Of a stretch of 26,585 nucleotides of DNA, positions 16,934-25,481 are shown one piece after another; position 1 is the first letter of the stretch; each line of letters opens with the position of its first letter. The position numbers were made by a program, and so were the translations under genes. This DNA is from Ignisphaera sp. (GTDB lineage Archaea > Thermoproteota > Thermoprotei_A > Sulfolobales > Ignisphaeraceae). The notes below the pieces were generated by a model that saw only the letters and a list, made by a program, of their open reading frames with translations, did no database searches and was not told the DNA's origin. The stretch covers positions 1-26,585 of the forward strand of contig JAWBDT010000021.1 in assembly GCA_038821645.1 (NCBI GenBank). Reading direction: 5' to 3'.

Positions 16934-18151
16934 ATGAGTTCTGACATAGAGAAGGAGGCAACAACATTAATAAAGATACCCATCACTCTTGATGTACCTA
17001 TAGGTCCTCAGCATCCAGCTCTTCATGAACCAGTTATGCTTAAATTGTATGCCGATGGAGAGGAGGTAGTTCATGTAGAGATTAATACTGGATATAACCA
17101 TAGAGGAATAGAGAAGCTCATGGAAAAGAACTCTTTTTATAAAGACAAATTTATTGCCTCTAGAGTTTGTGGAATATGTAATGGTGTTCATGAGAACTGC
17201 TACACACGTGCTGTTGAATATCTAGCCGGTATAGAACCTCCACCTCGAGCCAAGTATCTGAGGGTATTGGTTATGGAATTGGAAAGAATACATAGTCACA
17301 TGCTTATTAATGCCATAATGGCTGAGATAATAGGTTTTGATACATTGTTTATGTATATAATGAGAGATAGAGAACTTGTTATGAAAGCAAAAGAGATTGT
17401 ATTAGGCCATAGGGTTCAGGCAGATATACATATGTTTGGGGGTGTCAGAAGAGATATTGACGATGTAAAGAAGGACAAGATATTAGACTTACTAAATAAA
17501 TTAGAGCCTCGTATAAAGTACTATAGAAAGCTATTTGAAGAAGATCCCTCTATCTCCAGTAGATTAACTGAAGTAGGAAGACTTAAGCCTTCTGATGTTC
17601 TTAACAATACGCTTTTGGGTCCTGTACTCAGAGGGAGTGGTATCAAGAGTGATGTGAGATCAGAGGATAAGTATGACGCTTATGGAGATATACCTTGGTC
17701 CATAGCTGTGAGATCTGAAGGAGATTCTTTAGCTAGAATGCTTGTTAGATGGGATGAAGCTATAGAATCTCTAGAGATGTGTAGATATGTACTTGAACAT
17801 CTTCCTCAAGGACCAGCTGTAGTGGATGAAAGAAAACTTCCGAGAACATTTCCTTCAGGAGAATCATATGCTAGAGTTGAAGCGCCACGAGGAGAACTAA
17901 TATACTATATAGCTAGTATAGGAGGAGCCAATCCTTATAGAGTTAAGATAAGAACTCCATCTGCTACAAATATAATCAATAGTGGTTTCAGTTATATAGG
18001 TCATAGTATTGCCGACGTACCCGTAATACTTGTAAGCTACGACCCATGTATTTCGTGCATGGAGAGAGCAGTAATTGTAGACTTAAAGAGTAAGTCAGAG
18101 AAGAAGGTCTCATTAAAATATTTGGCACGAATCAATAAGGTGAGAGCATGA
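16934..18151 (+). CDS. Group 4 [NiFe]-hydrogenase large (catalytic) subunit (MbhL)
   Basis: GPQHPALHEP, GYNHRGIEK, L1 RVCGIC, EAPRGE, KIRTPS and L2 DPCISCMER, followed by a C-terminal extension. Confidence 0.96.
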   Translation: MSSDIEKEATTLIKIPITLDVPIGPQHPALHEPVMLKLYADGEEVVHVEINTGYNHRGIEKLMEKNSFYKDKFIASRVCGICNGVHENCYTRAVEYLAGIEPPPRAKYLRVLVMELERIHSHMLINAIMAEIIGFDTLFMYIMRDRELVMKAKEIVLGHRVQADIHMFGGVRRDIDDVKKDKILDLLNKLEPRIKYYRKLFEEDPSISSRLTEVGRLKPSDVLNNTLLGPVLRGSGIKSDVRSEDKYDAYGDIPWSIAVRSEGDSLARMLVRWDEAIESLEMCRYVLEHLPQGPAVVDERKLPRTFPSGESYARVEAPRGELIYYIASIGGANPYRVKIRTPSATNIINSGFSYIGHSIADVPVILVSYDPCISCMERAVIVDLKSKSEKKVSLKYLARINKVRA

Positions 18152-18531
18152 GTATAGTTAAAGAGGTTATTAAGAGTTTCCTATCAAAACCATCAACAAT
18201 AGAGTATCCACGAAAAGCCTCTATAGCCGTAGAGAAAGATCTAAGAGGACGCCATTATGCTAACTTAAATAAATGTATAGGATGCTCAATATGTGCTATA
18301 GAGTGTCCATCTAAAGCCATAGAAATGAAAAAGCTTTCCGAAGACACAAAACTCAAACATAATCCTAGAGGACTATACCCAGTTATAAACTATATGTCAT
18401 GTGTATTTTGTTATCGATGTGTAAGAGTATGTCCCGTAGATGCATATATAACTACACCCATATATCAGTTATCATCAGTAAAGGAGGTGTTTTCAGAGAA
18501 CTTAACACTAAAAACTCTTGAGGTGAAATAA
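18148..18531 (+). CDS. 2x[4Fe-4S] ferredoxin-like subunit (MbhN/NuoI-like)
   Basis: CIGCSICAIECP and CVFCYRCVRVCP, with a T..YP N-terminus. Confidence 0.93.
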   Translation: MSIVKEVIKSFLSKPSTIEYPRKASIAVEKDLRGRHYANLNKCIGCSICAIECPSKAIEMKKLSEDTKLKHNPRGLYPVINYMSCVFCYRCVRVCPVDAYITTPIYQLSSVKEVFSENLTLKTLEVK

Positions 18532-18815
18532 TGGACATAGAAACACATGTTACAATGGTTATGACCTTCGTTGTTCCAATTTTCGTGGTATCCATTATTC
18601 TCTACACTATAAGGCTTCTCAAGGGTCCCACAATACCGGATATGGTTATAGCTGTAGACGCCATTTCATATGATGTAGCTGTGTTTTTAGCAGTCTTATC
18701 CATACTCTTCAAGTCACCTATACTTATATCTTGTGCCATGATACTCATGCTTTGGGCATATGCCTTAGACATCTATGTAGCTAAACACCTTGAAGCAAAA
18801 GAGATGGGTGAATAG
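18531..18815 (+). CDS. Mrp antiporter subunit F-like (MbhB)
   Basis: RLLKGPTIPDMVIAVD; three TM helices. Confidence 0.9.
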   Translation: MDIETHVTMVMTFVVPIFVVSIILYTIRLLKGPTIPDMVIAVDAISYDVAVFLAVLSILFKSPILISCAMILMLWAYALDIYVAKHLEAKEMGE

Positions 18816-18817
18816 AT

Positions 18818-19183
18818 ATGATTGAATGGATATTAGTGATAATAGGGGAAATATTAGTGATAATAGGAGCCATATGTGATTTACTGGGAGCTATAGGATT
18901 GTTAAGATTTCCTAACTTCTATGTAAGACTACATGCATTAACTGTTGGAACTATTGGAGGTGCATTTGTACCCCTAATAGGTGTAGCTCTCATAGCTATA
19001 GGCTCTGAATTCCTAGGTCTCTATAGATGGGTTATAGCTGGAGCCTCAATCATAACAGCTCTCCTACTACTCTTTCTAGCTCCTGCAGGTTCTCATGCCA
19101 TAGCCAGAGCTGCTCATAGATCTCGAGCTGTAGAAGTTTTTCCGAAAGTTGTTGATAAACTTGAAGAAGATAAAGAGAGGTGA
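18818..19183 (+). CDS. Mrp antiporter subunit G-like (MbhC)
   Basis: AIGLLRFPNFYVRLHA and P.GSHAIARAA. Confidence 0.92.
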   Translation: MIEWILVIIGEILVIIGAICDLLGAIGLLRFPNFYVRLHALTVGTIGGAFVPLIGVALIAIGSEFLGLYRWVIAGASIITALLLLFLAPAGSHAIARAAHRSRAVEVFPKVVDKLEEDKER

Positions 19184-19192
19184 ACTAAAGCA

Positions 19193-19459
19193 ATGAATAT
19201 CGTGATAATACACTACACACTAATGGCCATAGCATCACTTCTCTCTGTGGTATCTGTCTATCTAGCTATAATAGAAAGAGATTTAGTAAAGGCTGTTGTG
19301 TATTCAGCTCTTCAAAGCACTTTCTATGCATTACTATTCTATCTGATTATGGCACCAGACATATTTTTAACATATGTTCCTGTGTCTGTAGGTCTCTATA
19401 CAGCCTTGATACTCGTTTTAATAAAAAAGACTGAGCGTTTTGAAGGTGAAGAGAAATGA
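19193..19459 (+). CDS. DUF4040/MbhD-like membrane subunit
   Basis: ERDLVKAV, MAPD and SVGL; three TM helices. Confidence 0.85.
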   Translation: MNIVIIHYTLMAIASLLSVVSVYLAIIERDLVKAVVYSALQSTFYALLFYLIMAPDIFLTYVPVSVGLYTALILVLIKKTERFEGEEK

Positions 19460-20277
19460 AGAGATATATTCATGTGGTAGTGATAGTAACACTAATAACG
19501 TTGACCATAGTCTTATCTGCAGCTTTTGCACTAGGTGGTATAGCTCTTTATCTACCTCCACGTAACGTTAGATCTCTTGCAGAAATATTCCTTAAAACTA
19601 CCTTTAACCCAGAATACCGTATAAGCCCTATGTCACCAGAAGCTGTTACAGCTATTGTATGGGACTATAGAGGGCTAGATACATTATTCGAGACTTCGGT
19701 TATGTTTTTAGCTATTGTTGGAGCACTCACACTCTTCAGAGGTCTTAGTGAAAAACTTCCACAAGAAGAGGCAGAATACAGAGGAGGATTATCTGTTATA
19801 GTTAAGACCGTTACTAGAATAGCAATAGTTATGATTATAGCTGTTGGTGCTTCATTAGCGCTTCATGGACATTTAACACCTGGTGGAGGCTTCCAAGGAG
19901 GTGCAACAATAGCTGTAGCTCCAATGCTTATCATAATCACATTCTCTACATATTTTATGTCTAGAAGCATATCCGTTAAAAAGGCTGTACTTCTTAGAAG
20001 CATAGGACTTAGTGTAATAGCTTTAACTACGTTCTTAGTACTCATTATAGCCTTAACACAAAATGGTACTGCCTATATATTTCAAAACCAACCTAAAGTT
20101 TATGCAGACTATGGAATACCATCATATCTAGGTGATACGATAGTATTAGGAGGAACACTTCTACTGTTTAACGCTGCAGAAACTTTTGCTGTTGCCTTTG
20201 GTTTTATAGCACTACTGATCCTGATAACAATACCAGAGGATTATGCTAAAACTATTATTCTAGAGGGTGAGGAGTGA
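19456..20277 (+). CDS. MrpB-like subunit (MbhE and MbhF regions in one ORF)
   Basis: VTAIVWDYRGLDTLFE (MbhE-type) and GHLTPGGGFQGG (MbhF/MnhB-type) occur in a single ORF. Confidence 0.88.
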   Translation: MKRYIHVVVIVTLITLTIVLSAAFALGGIALYLPPRNVRSLAEIFLKTTFNPEYRISPMSPEAVTAIVWDYRGLDTLFETSVMFLAIVGALTLFRGLSEKLPQEEAEYRGGLSVIVKTVTRIAIVMIIAVGASLALHGHLTPGGGFQGGATIAVAPMLIIITFSTYFMSRSISVKKAVLLRSIGLSVIALTTFLVLIIALTQNGTAYIFQNQPKVYADYGIPSYLGDTIVLGGTLLLFNAAETFAVAFGFIALLILITIPEDYAKTIILEGEE

Positions 20278-20672
20278 TGGAAGTGGTACAATTCTTATTC
20301 AATATAGTTGTTGTATCAATGATAATGAATATGGCTGTATCTCTCTATGGAGTTTTTGTGAGACCCAGCTTAATAAAAAAGATAATAGCTCTTACCATAT
20401 TTGGCGATACGATCAACTTAATGGTTATATTGATAGGATTTAGATATGTAGATCCAAACCCACTACCACCAATACTAACAACAATACCTCCTACCTCTAC
20501 AGATATCTTAACATTTGTTCAAAAAGCTGTAGACCCTCTACCTCAAGCTCTTGTACTAACTGCAATAGTTATTGGCTTAGCTGTAACCTTATTCCTGATA
20601 TTTTTGACAATACAGACATATCGTGTATATAGGACAACAGACGTTAAGAAGATAGCTAAATTGAGGGGATAG
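20274..20672 (+). CDS. Mrp antiporter subunit C-like (MbhG)
   Basis: LIKKIIAL and DPLPQALVLTAIVIG. Confidence 0.93.
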   Translation: MMEVVQFLFNIVVVSMIMNMAVSLYGVFVRPSLIKKIIALTIFGDTINLMVILIGFRYVDPNPLPPILTTIPPTSTDILTFVQKAVDPLPQALVLTAIVIGLAVTLFLIFLTIQTYRVYRTTDVKKIAKLRG

Positions 20673-20674
20673 AG

Positions 20675-21181
20675 ATGAGGAGAATACTAAAAACCATACC
20701 AGCTACACTACTAGCATTTGTAACATATATCGTTTTCTCAGGATCAATCACATTATACGATATATTGACAGGTATAGCAGTATCAATTCTTATAGGAGTT
20801 ATTACAGCAAATATGTTGTTAACAAATCCATTAAAGATACTGGACATTAGGAGATGGATATGGTTATTTGCATATACGTTGCATTACTTCTTTATAGATG
20901 AGGTAAAGGCTCATATAGATGTTATCAAAAGAATAATACATCCGAAAATGCCTATAAATCCAGGAATAGTAAAAGTTCCGATAAATGTTTCAACAGATTA
21001 CGCATTAACAGCTGTAGCAAACTCAATAACTAATACACCTGGAACAGTAGTTGTAGATGTAGATAAAGAAAAAGGTTATCTCTATATACATTGGATCGAT
21101 GTAAAGACTATAGAGCCTAATGAAGCATGGAAACAGATATCACAAGTTTTTGAAAAATTCGCTAAAAAGGTTTTCGATTAG
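20675..21181 (+). CDS. Mrp antiporter subunit E-like (MbhA)
   Basis: INPGIVKVP, ANSITNTPGT and LYIHWID. Confidence 0.93.
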   Translation: MRRILKTIPATLLAFVTYIVFSGSITLYDILTGIAVSILIGVITANMLLTNPLKILDIRRWIWLFAYTLHYFFIDEVKAHIDVIKRIIHPKMPINPGIVKVPINVSTDYALTAVANSITNTPGTVVVDVDKEKGYLYIHWIDVKTIEPNEAWKQISQVFEKFAKKVFD

Positions 21182-21190
21182 GTGATGCCC

Positions 21191-22813
21191 ATGATTTCGT
21201 TGTTCGATACCATCTATGGTATAGTTCCACCTCTACTTATATCTCTAGCTTTTGTGACCCCGCTTTTAGGTCTCTTTATAAAGAATAAAAAGTTTTTCAC
21301 AATATACATCATAGTTATAACAATGATAACCTTAGTAATGACGTGTCTAATAGCCTATAACATATTTTCTGGAAATATTGTAGCTATCTATCCTTTTGGT
21401 GGATGGCCTCCACCTATAGGCATAACCTATACCATAGATAAACTTAATGCATCACTAGCATTACTGGCTACATTAATAATATTTCTTTCAGCAATATCAA
21501 CAAAGGGTTATCTAAATAGATATAAAAAACCTTCAACTCTTTCATATATATACACAGCTTTAATAGGGTTTACAGCAGGCGCTATAGGGGCTCTATATAC
21601 TGGTGATATATTCAATCTTTTCGTAATGATGGAGGTTATGTGTATATCCCTGTATGTTTTAGTCGCTTTTCATAGAACTAGAGCAGAAGCTATTGAAGCA
21701 GCAATAAAGTATTCGCTTATCAGTATAGTTGCGCTTATAATCTACTTCTTCTCAACAATACTAATATATAGTGGCTATCAAACGCTAAACATGGCTGATT
21801 TAGCTGTAAAAGCTAGACCAACCATACTCGATATACTTAGGATGTATTCTATTGATATGCTTAGTGGTGGTTATTACTCCGATATATACATTATCACACC
21901 TATAGCTATAGCATTAATAATCTGGGTCTTCACTTTGGAATCTGCTTTATTCCCTAACCATTTCTGGTTACCAGATGCTATAAGTGAAGCACCTACACCA
22001 GTTTCAGCTATCCTTCCTATAGCAGAAATGGTGTCTATATACGTTGTTATTCGTTACCTCTTTACAATATTTGGTCCAGACTCTATTTTAGCTGAAAACA
22101 ATGTGAGGACTACAGTACTTTACATCCTATTGATATTAGGAATCATTGCTTCAATAGTTGGAAGCATCATGATGACGTTACAGAAAGATTCAAAGAGGCT
22201 TCTAGGATATAGTTCTGTAAGTCATATAGGGTTCATATACATTGCCATAGGCTTAACAGCATTTACATTAGAACCCACGATACCTCTTGTTGCCTCTATA
22301 TTCCATATGATTAACTATGTTGTATCGAGTTCATTACTATTCTTGGCTATAGGTGCTATAGAGAGTGTTATTGGTAGTCGAAACATCGATGATATGACGG
22401 GTCTAGGTAGAAGTGCTAAACTCGCTGGATTTAGTATTGTAATTGGTGTTCTTAATCTGATAGGTTTACCACCTCTAGGAGGATTCTTCAGCAAATTCAT
22501 GATGTATCAAGCTGCGTTAACTGTTTCACAACCAATAATAGCTCTTCTCATTGTTGTAGCTACAGCTATAAGTGTTATGGGTTACGCAAAACTACTCCTC
22601 ATACCATTTGGTATAAACAGTGAAAAGAACATAAAGGAAAGTTACAGCTTTTCGGTACCTAGCTTCATATTAGCATTAATGGTTATATTGTTAGGTCTGA
22701 TGCTTCCAATAGGGTTGAACAAATATCTAGAGGATATCGCTAAATCAGTATATGAATATGTATACTACGTTGAATCATTTCTTAAGTACATGGTTACATT
22801 ATGGCCTAGGTGA
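21191..22813 (+). CDS. MrpD/NuoN-like proton-conducting membrane subunit (MbhH)
   Basis: GGWPPPIGI, TGDIFNLFVMMEV, AAIKY, HFWLPDA.SEAP.PVSA, KRLLGYSS and G.PPL.GFFSKF. Start set to ATG 21191 after GGTGA; the ORF track starts at 21182. Confidence 0.93.
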   Translation: MISLFDTIYGIVPPLLISLAFVTPLLGLFIKNKKFFTIYIIVITMITLVMTCLIAYNIFSGNIVAIYPFGGWPPPIGITYTIDKLNASLALLATLIIFLSAISTKGYLNRYKKPSTLSYIYTALIGFTAGAIGALYTGDIFNLFVMMEVMCISLYVLVAFHRTRAEAIEAAIKYSLISIVALIIYFFSTILIYSGYQTLNMADLAVKARPTILDILRMYSIDMLSGGYYSDIYIITPIAIALIIWVFTLESALFPNHFWLPDAISEAPTPVSAILPIAEMVSIYVVIRYLFTIFGPDSILAENNVRTTVLYILLILGIIASIVGSIMMTLQKDSKRLLGYSSVSHIGFIYIAIGLTAFTLEPTIPLVASIFHMINYVVSSSLLFLAIGAIESVIGSRNIDDMTGLGRSAKLAGFSIVIGVLNLIGLPPLGGFFSKFMMYQAALTVSQPIIALLIVVATAISVMGYAKLLLIPFGINSEKNIKESYSFSVPSFILALMVILLGLMLPIGLNKYLEDIAKSVYEYVYYVESFLKYMVTLWPR

Positions 22814-22819
22814 ATGGAG

Positions 22820-23182
22820 ATGATGATACAGATATGGATATTGGATCCTGTAACCCTGAGCATAGTTGTTTCAGGATTAATGCTATTTGTAGCACTCGTT
22901 ATAGCTATAGTAATTAGTCTTTTTAGAGGAGGAAAGATCTCTACAGAAGGTAGCGAGATGTATATAGGTGGTGAAAATGAAGATGTATTGAAATATAGAG
23001 TTCCAAGTGTCATCGCATTATACTGGGGTATTGTGAAACGTGCATGGAGGAAAGCATTTGAATATCTTAGGGATGCTGTACATACTGGTGTACTTAATGA
23101 TTGGTATGGATTTATGAGTAGTTGGTTAGGATTTTTACTACTTATAGCATTGATCACAATACTTGTTTATCTAATTATGTAG
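22820..23182 (+). CDS. MbhI-like membrane subunit (lateral helix)
   Basis: N-terminal TM, YIGGE, amphipathic LYWG..K...Y, HTG.LNDW and a C-terminal TM. Lies between the MrpD-like and NuoH-like genes. Start 22820 or 22814. Confidence 0.75.
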   Translation: MMIQIWILDPVTLSIVVSGLMLFVALVIAIVISLFRGGKISTEGSEMYIGGENEDVLKYRVPSVIALYWGIVKRAWRKAFEYLRDAVHTGVLNDWYGFMSSWLGFLLLIALITILVYLIM

Positions 23183-23193
23183 AGGTGTGAAAC

Positions 23194-24189
23194 ATGATCA
23201 ATGAATATCTATATACATTATTTGTAGCAATAGTGTTTCCTGGACTATTTTTTATGATAGCTATAGCTCTATTTAGTGAATGGTTCTATAGAAAAGTTGT
23301 TGCTAGGATGCAAAACAGAATGGGTCCCGCTTACACAGGGCCTATGGGAATTCTACAGCCTTTAGCAGACATCCTGAAACTTTTATTGGTTAAGGAAGTT
23401 AAGAAACAGCGTTACTCATCTTTAATCTTGGCAGAAGTGGGTATGGCTATAGCTATAGCATCTATCATAGTTTCGGTATTTATGTTACCTATATCGCCTC
23501 TACGTTTTTCAGCTCCTTACGATATAGTTGTACTATTATATCTCTATGCTGTATGGCATTTCATAGGCTTAGCTATAGCTGTATTAGCATATCCTAACCC
23601 GTTCGTTATAGCAGGATTGTCAAGATTAATAGCTCTAACAGTAGTTATAGAGCCAGCAATATTTTCCTCTATACTTGTTCCTGCTATACTTACTTCAACC
23701 AACTGTTTACCAATATATTCAATTCTATGTATATCGACAAATTCATGGAGATTATGGTTTAACTCGCCTCTAACATTCATATCTATGTTCTTAGCACTAT
23801 TATCAATTATTGTAGCTACTCAAGCTAAATTAGGATTAAAACCTTTTGATATTCCAGAAGCTGAACAAGAACTTATAGCTGGACATATAACCGAATACTC
23901 AGGTAGTATTCTAGCTCTCTACAATCTATTACATGATATTAAGCTAGCTTTTTCAGCACTCTTAATAACCTATCTATTCCTAGGAGGTCCCTATCCATAC
24001 AGACATCTAAGCATAACGGGTATAACACTTCTTGTAATCAAGTATATAGCTGTTCTATATATACTCTCATTATTACGAGCATCTTTTGGACGTAGAAGGA
24101 TAGATCAAGGTATAGTAATGATCATGAAATACAGCCTGATACCATCCATAGCGGCTCTACTCATCAGCATCATCACCCTAATCATATAA
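23194..24189 (+). CDS. NuoH-like membrane anchor subunit (MbhM)
   Basis: RKVVARMQNRMGP, GILQPLADILKLL.KE and PFDIPEAEQELIAG..TEYSG. Confidence 0.94.
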   Translation: MINEYLYTLFVAIVFPGLFFMIAIALFSEWFYRKVVARMQNRMGPAYTGPMGILQPLADILKLLLVKEVKKQRYSSLILAEVGMAIAIASIIVSVFMLPISPLRFSAPYDIVVLLYLYAVWHFIGLAIAVLAYPNPFVIAGLSRLIALTVVIEPAIFSSILVPAILTSTNCLPIYSILCISTNSWRLWFNSPLTFISMFLALLSIIVATQAKLGLKPFDIPEAEQELIAGHITEYSGSILALYNLLHDIKLAFSALLITYLFLGGPYPYRHLSITGITLLVIKYIAVLYILSLLRASFGRRRIDQGIVMIMKYSLIPSIAALLISIITLII

Positions 24190-24307
24190 TACCGTAAATC
24201 TCTATCTATATCAATCTACTATATCAAGAAGATAATAATTAACATATAGAGATAAAAGTTGAATTTTAGATTTACTACACACGATAAGGTTATAAGGTAA
24301 ATGTATT

Positions 24308-24505
24308 ATGAGTGTAGTAGAGCTTCATAAATCCTATTTAACGATATTGGTATGGGGTCTAATATGTGAAATAATAGTTCTGATTTATTATTTATCGAAT
24401 AATAGATATACGTTTGAATTCTATTTAACTTTAGGTCTACTACCTATTACTTTAGGAGGAATAATGGCCATTGTGAGAACCATTAAGAAGGAAGTAAGTG
24501 ATTAA
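24308..24505 (+). CDS. Small hypothetical membrane protein (2 TM)
   Basis: 65-aa ORF with two hydrophobic segments and an AAGGT SD-like site upstream. Ends flush against the convergent gene. Confidence 0.6.
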   Translation: MSVVELHKSYLTILVWGLICEIIVLIYYLSNNRYTFEFYLTLGLLPITLGGIMAIVRTIKKEVSD

Positions 24506-25009
24506 CTATGTTTTAAAAACTCTATCGAAATATGGGTTCTTGGCTGATGCTGTTAAAGGTATAGCATACACTATATCACCCTCAATAAGCCCTAACTCTT
24601 GTGCTGCTACACCAGCACTAAACATAACCCTGTTGTCTACATTATGTATAGATGCTGTCTTTACTGCTGAACCTATAGCTATACCTAGATTTATCAAGCT
24701 GTTCACTACATTGGCATCCAAGTTCCATTTTTGTGGAGTTTTTAGACCCATATCAACGATTTTGCACCCTATCAGTATTACCGCTAAGCTTTTCCTAATG
24801 CTTTGAGCATCTCTTTTAAAGAAATCTCCGTATGTTGATGATAATTCCTCCATCTTATTTGCTAGACGCTCTATCTCCTCTGCATCATCAAGTATCTTTA
24901 TCGTTATATTGTCGTAACCTCTAGCTTTTGGTGCTGTTAGTGCTGATATAGCCATGAGTTTAGCAACATACACTATAACCTCTCTTTTGATACTCTCTAG
25001 ATCCAACAC
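24506..25009 (-). CDS. DUF2148 family protein (nitroreductase-like), lacking the usual Cys-rich insert
   Basis: A.TAPKARG.D, FF.RDA, VILIG, NLGIAIGSAVKTA, VDNRVMFSAG and SAKNPYFDR. Confidence 0.85.
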   Translation of the reverse strand: MLDLESIKREVIVYVAKLMAISALTAPKARGYDNITIKILDDAEEIERLANKMEELSSTYGDFFKRDAQSIRKSLAVILIGCKIVDMGLKTPQKWNLDANVVNSLINLGIAIGSAVKTASIHNVDNRVMFSAGVAAQELGLIEGDIVYAIPLTASAKNPYFDRVFKT

Positions 25010-25025
25010 TCAATAAACACCTATA

Positions 25026-25379
25026 CTACAGCTTTATTCTACGTATTTTAACGCCATTATCCCTACAGAGCTTCATAACATCATCATTGAGCTTAGGACT
25101 AGCAGAATACAGAATTAATACAGGTTTTGCTTTCAACAGTTTTGCTTTCTCGATAAAAACCTTAACCTTTTCTGCATCTACCTTCTCATTACTATCAACT
25201 ACCTCTATAGCCATTACAGATCCCTTTCCTCGCACTAGTAATGATACAGATCCATATCGTGTAGGATGATTGAATTCGACGCTATATCCTGCACCTATAT
25301 ATCTACTCGCTATCTTACCTAGCCTTCCATACTTCTTCTCATAAATGTTCTGTATATATCTAATTCTTGCTGAAGTCAT
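25026..25379 (-). CDS. Small basic restriction-endonuclease-like (PD-(D/E)xK fold) protein with degenerate active site
   Basis: AGYSVE....TRYGSVSLLVR.....AIEVV follows the GxxDIxA....IEVK pattern with D replaced by S and K by V. Confidence 0.6.
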   Translation of the reverse strand: MTSARIRYIQNIYEKKYGRLGKIASRYIGAGYSVEFNHPTRYGSVSLLVRGKGSVMAIEVVDSNEKVDAEKVKVFIEKAKLLKAKPVLILYSASPKLNDDVMKLCRDNGVKIRRIKL

Positions 25380-25432
25380 GGTATTTCGCCAGAAATAGTT
25401 TCGTATTAGAAAAAGGTTTTAAGGTTTTAACT

Positions 25433-25460
25433 GTGTAGACAATCTATAGTAAATCTACAC
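25433..25460. repeat. Imperfect 28-bp palindrome GTGTAGA-CAAT-CTATAG-TAAA-TCTACAC
   Basis: Seen directly, between the flavodiiron stop and the promoter region of the next gene. Confidence 0.55.
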
Positions 25461-25481
25461 GACATGAACATTTGATGAATA

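Noticed and set aside
16048-24189. Annotation as complex I (Nuo) or Mbx/Mbs sulfane reductase
   Set aside because: All four Ni-ligating Cys residues and the CNGC small-subunit motif are present, and there is only one MrpD-like subunit.
2318-25269. Short antisense or overlapping ORFs in the track (e.g. 2318-2602, 2602-2808, 4418-4624, 6869-7096, 7241-7507, 9307-9582, 10026-10280, 16132-16497, 22765-23157, 24498-24806)
   Set aside because: They are shadows of well-supported genes on the opposite strand or frame, with atypical composition and no motifs.
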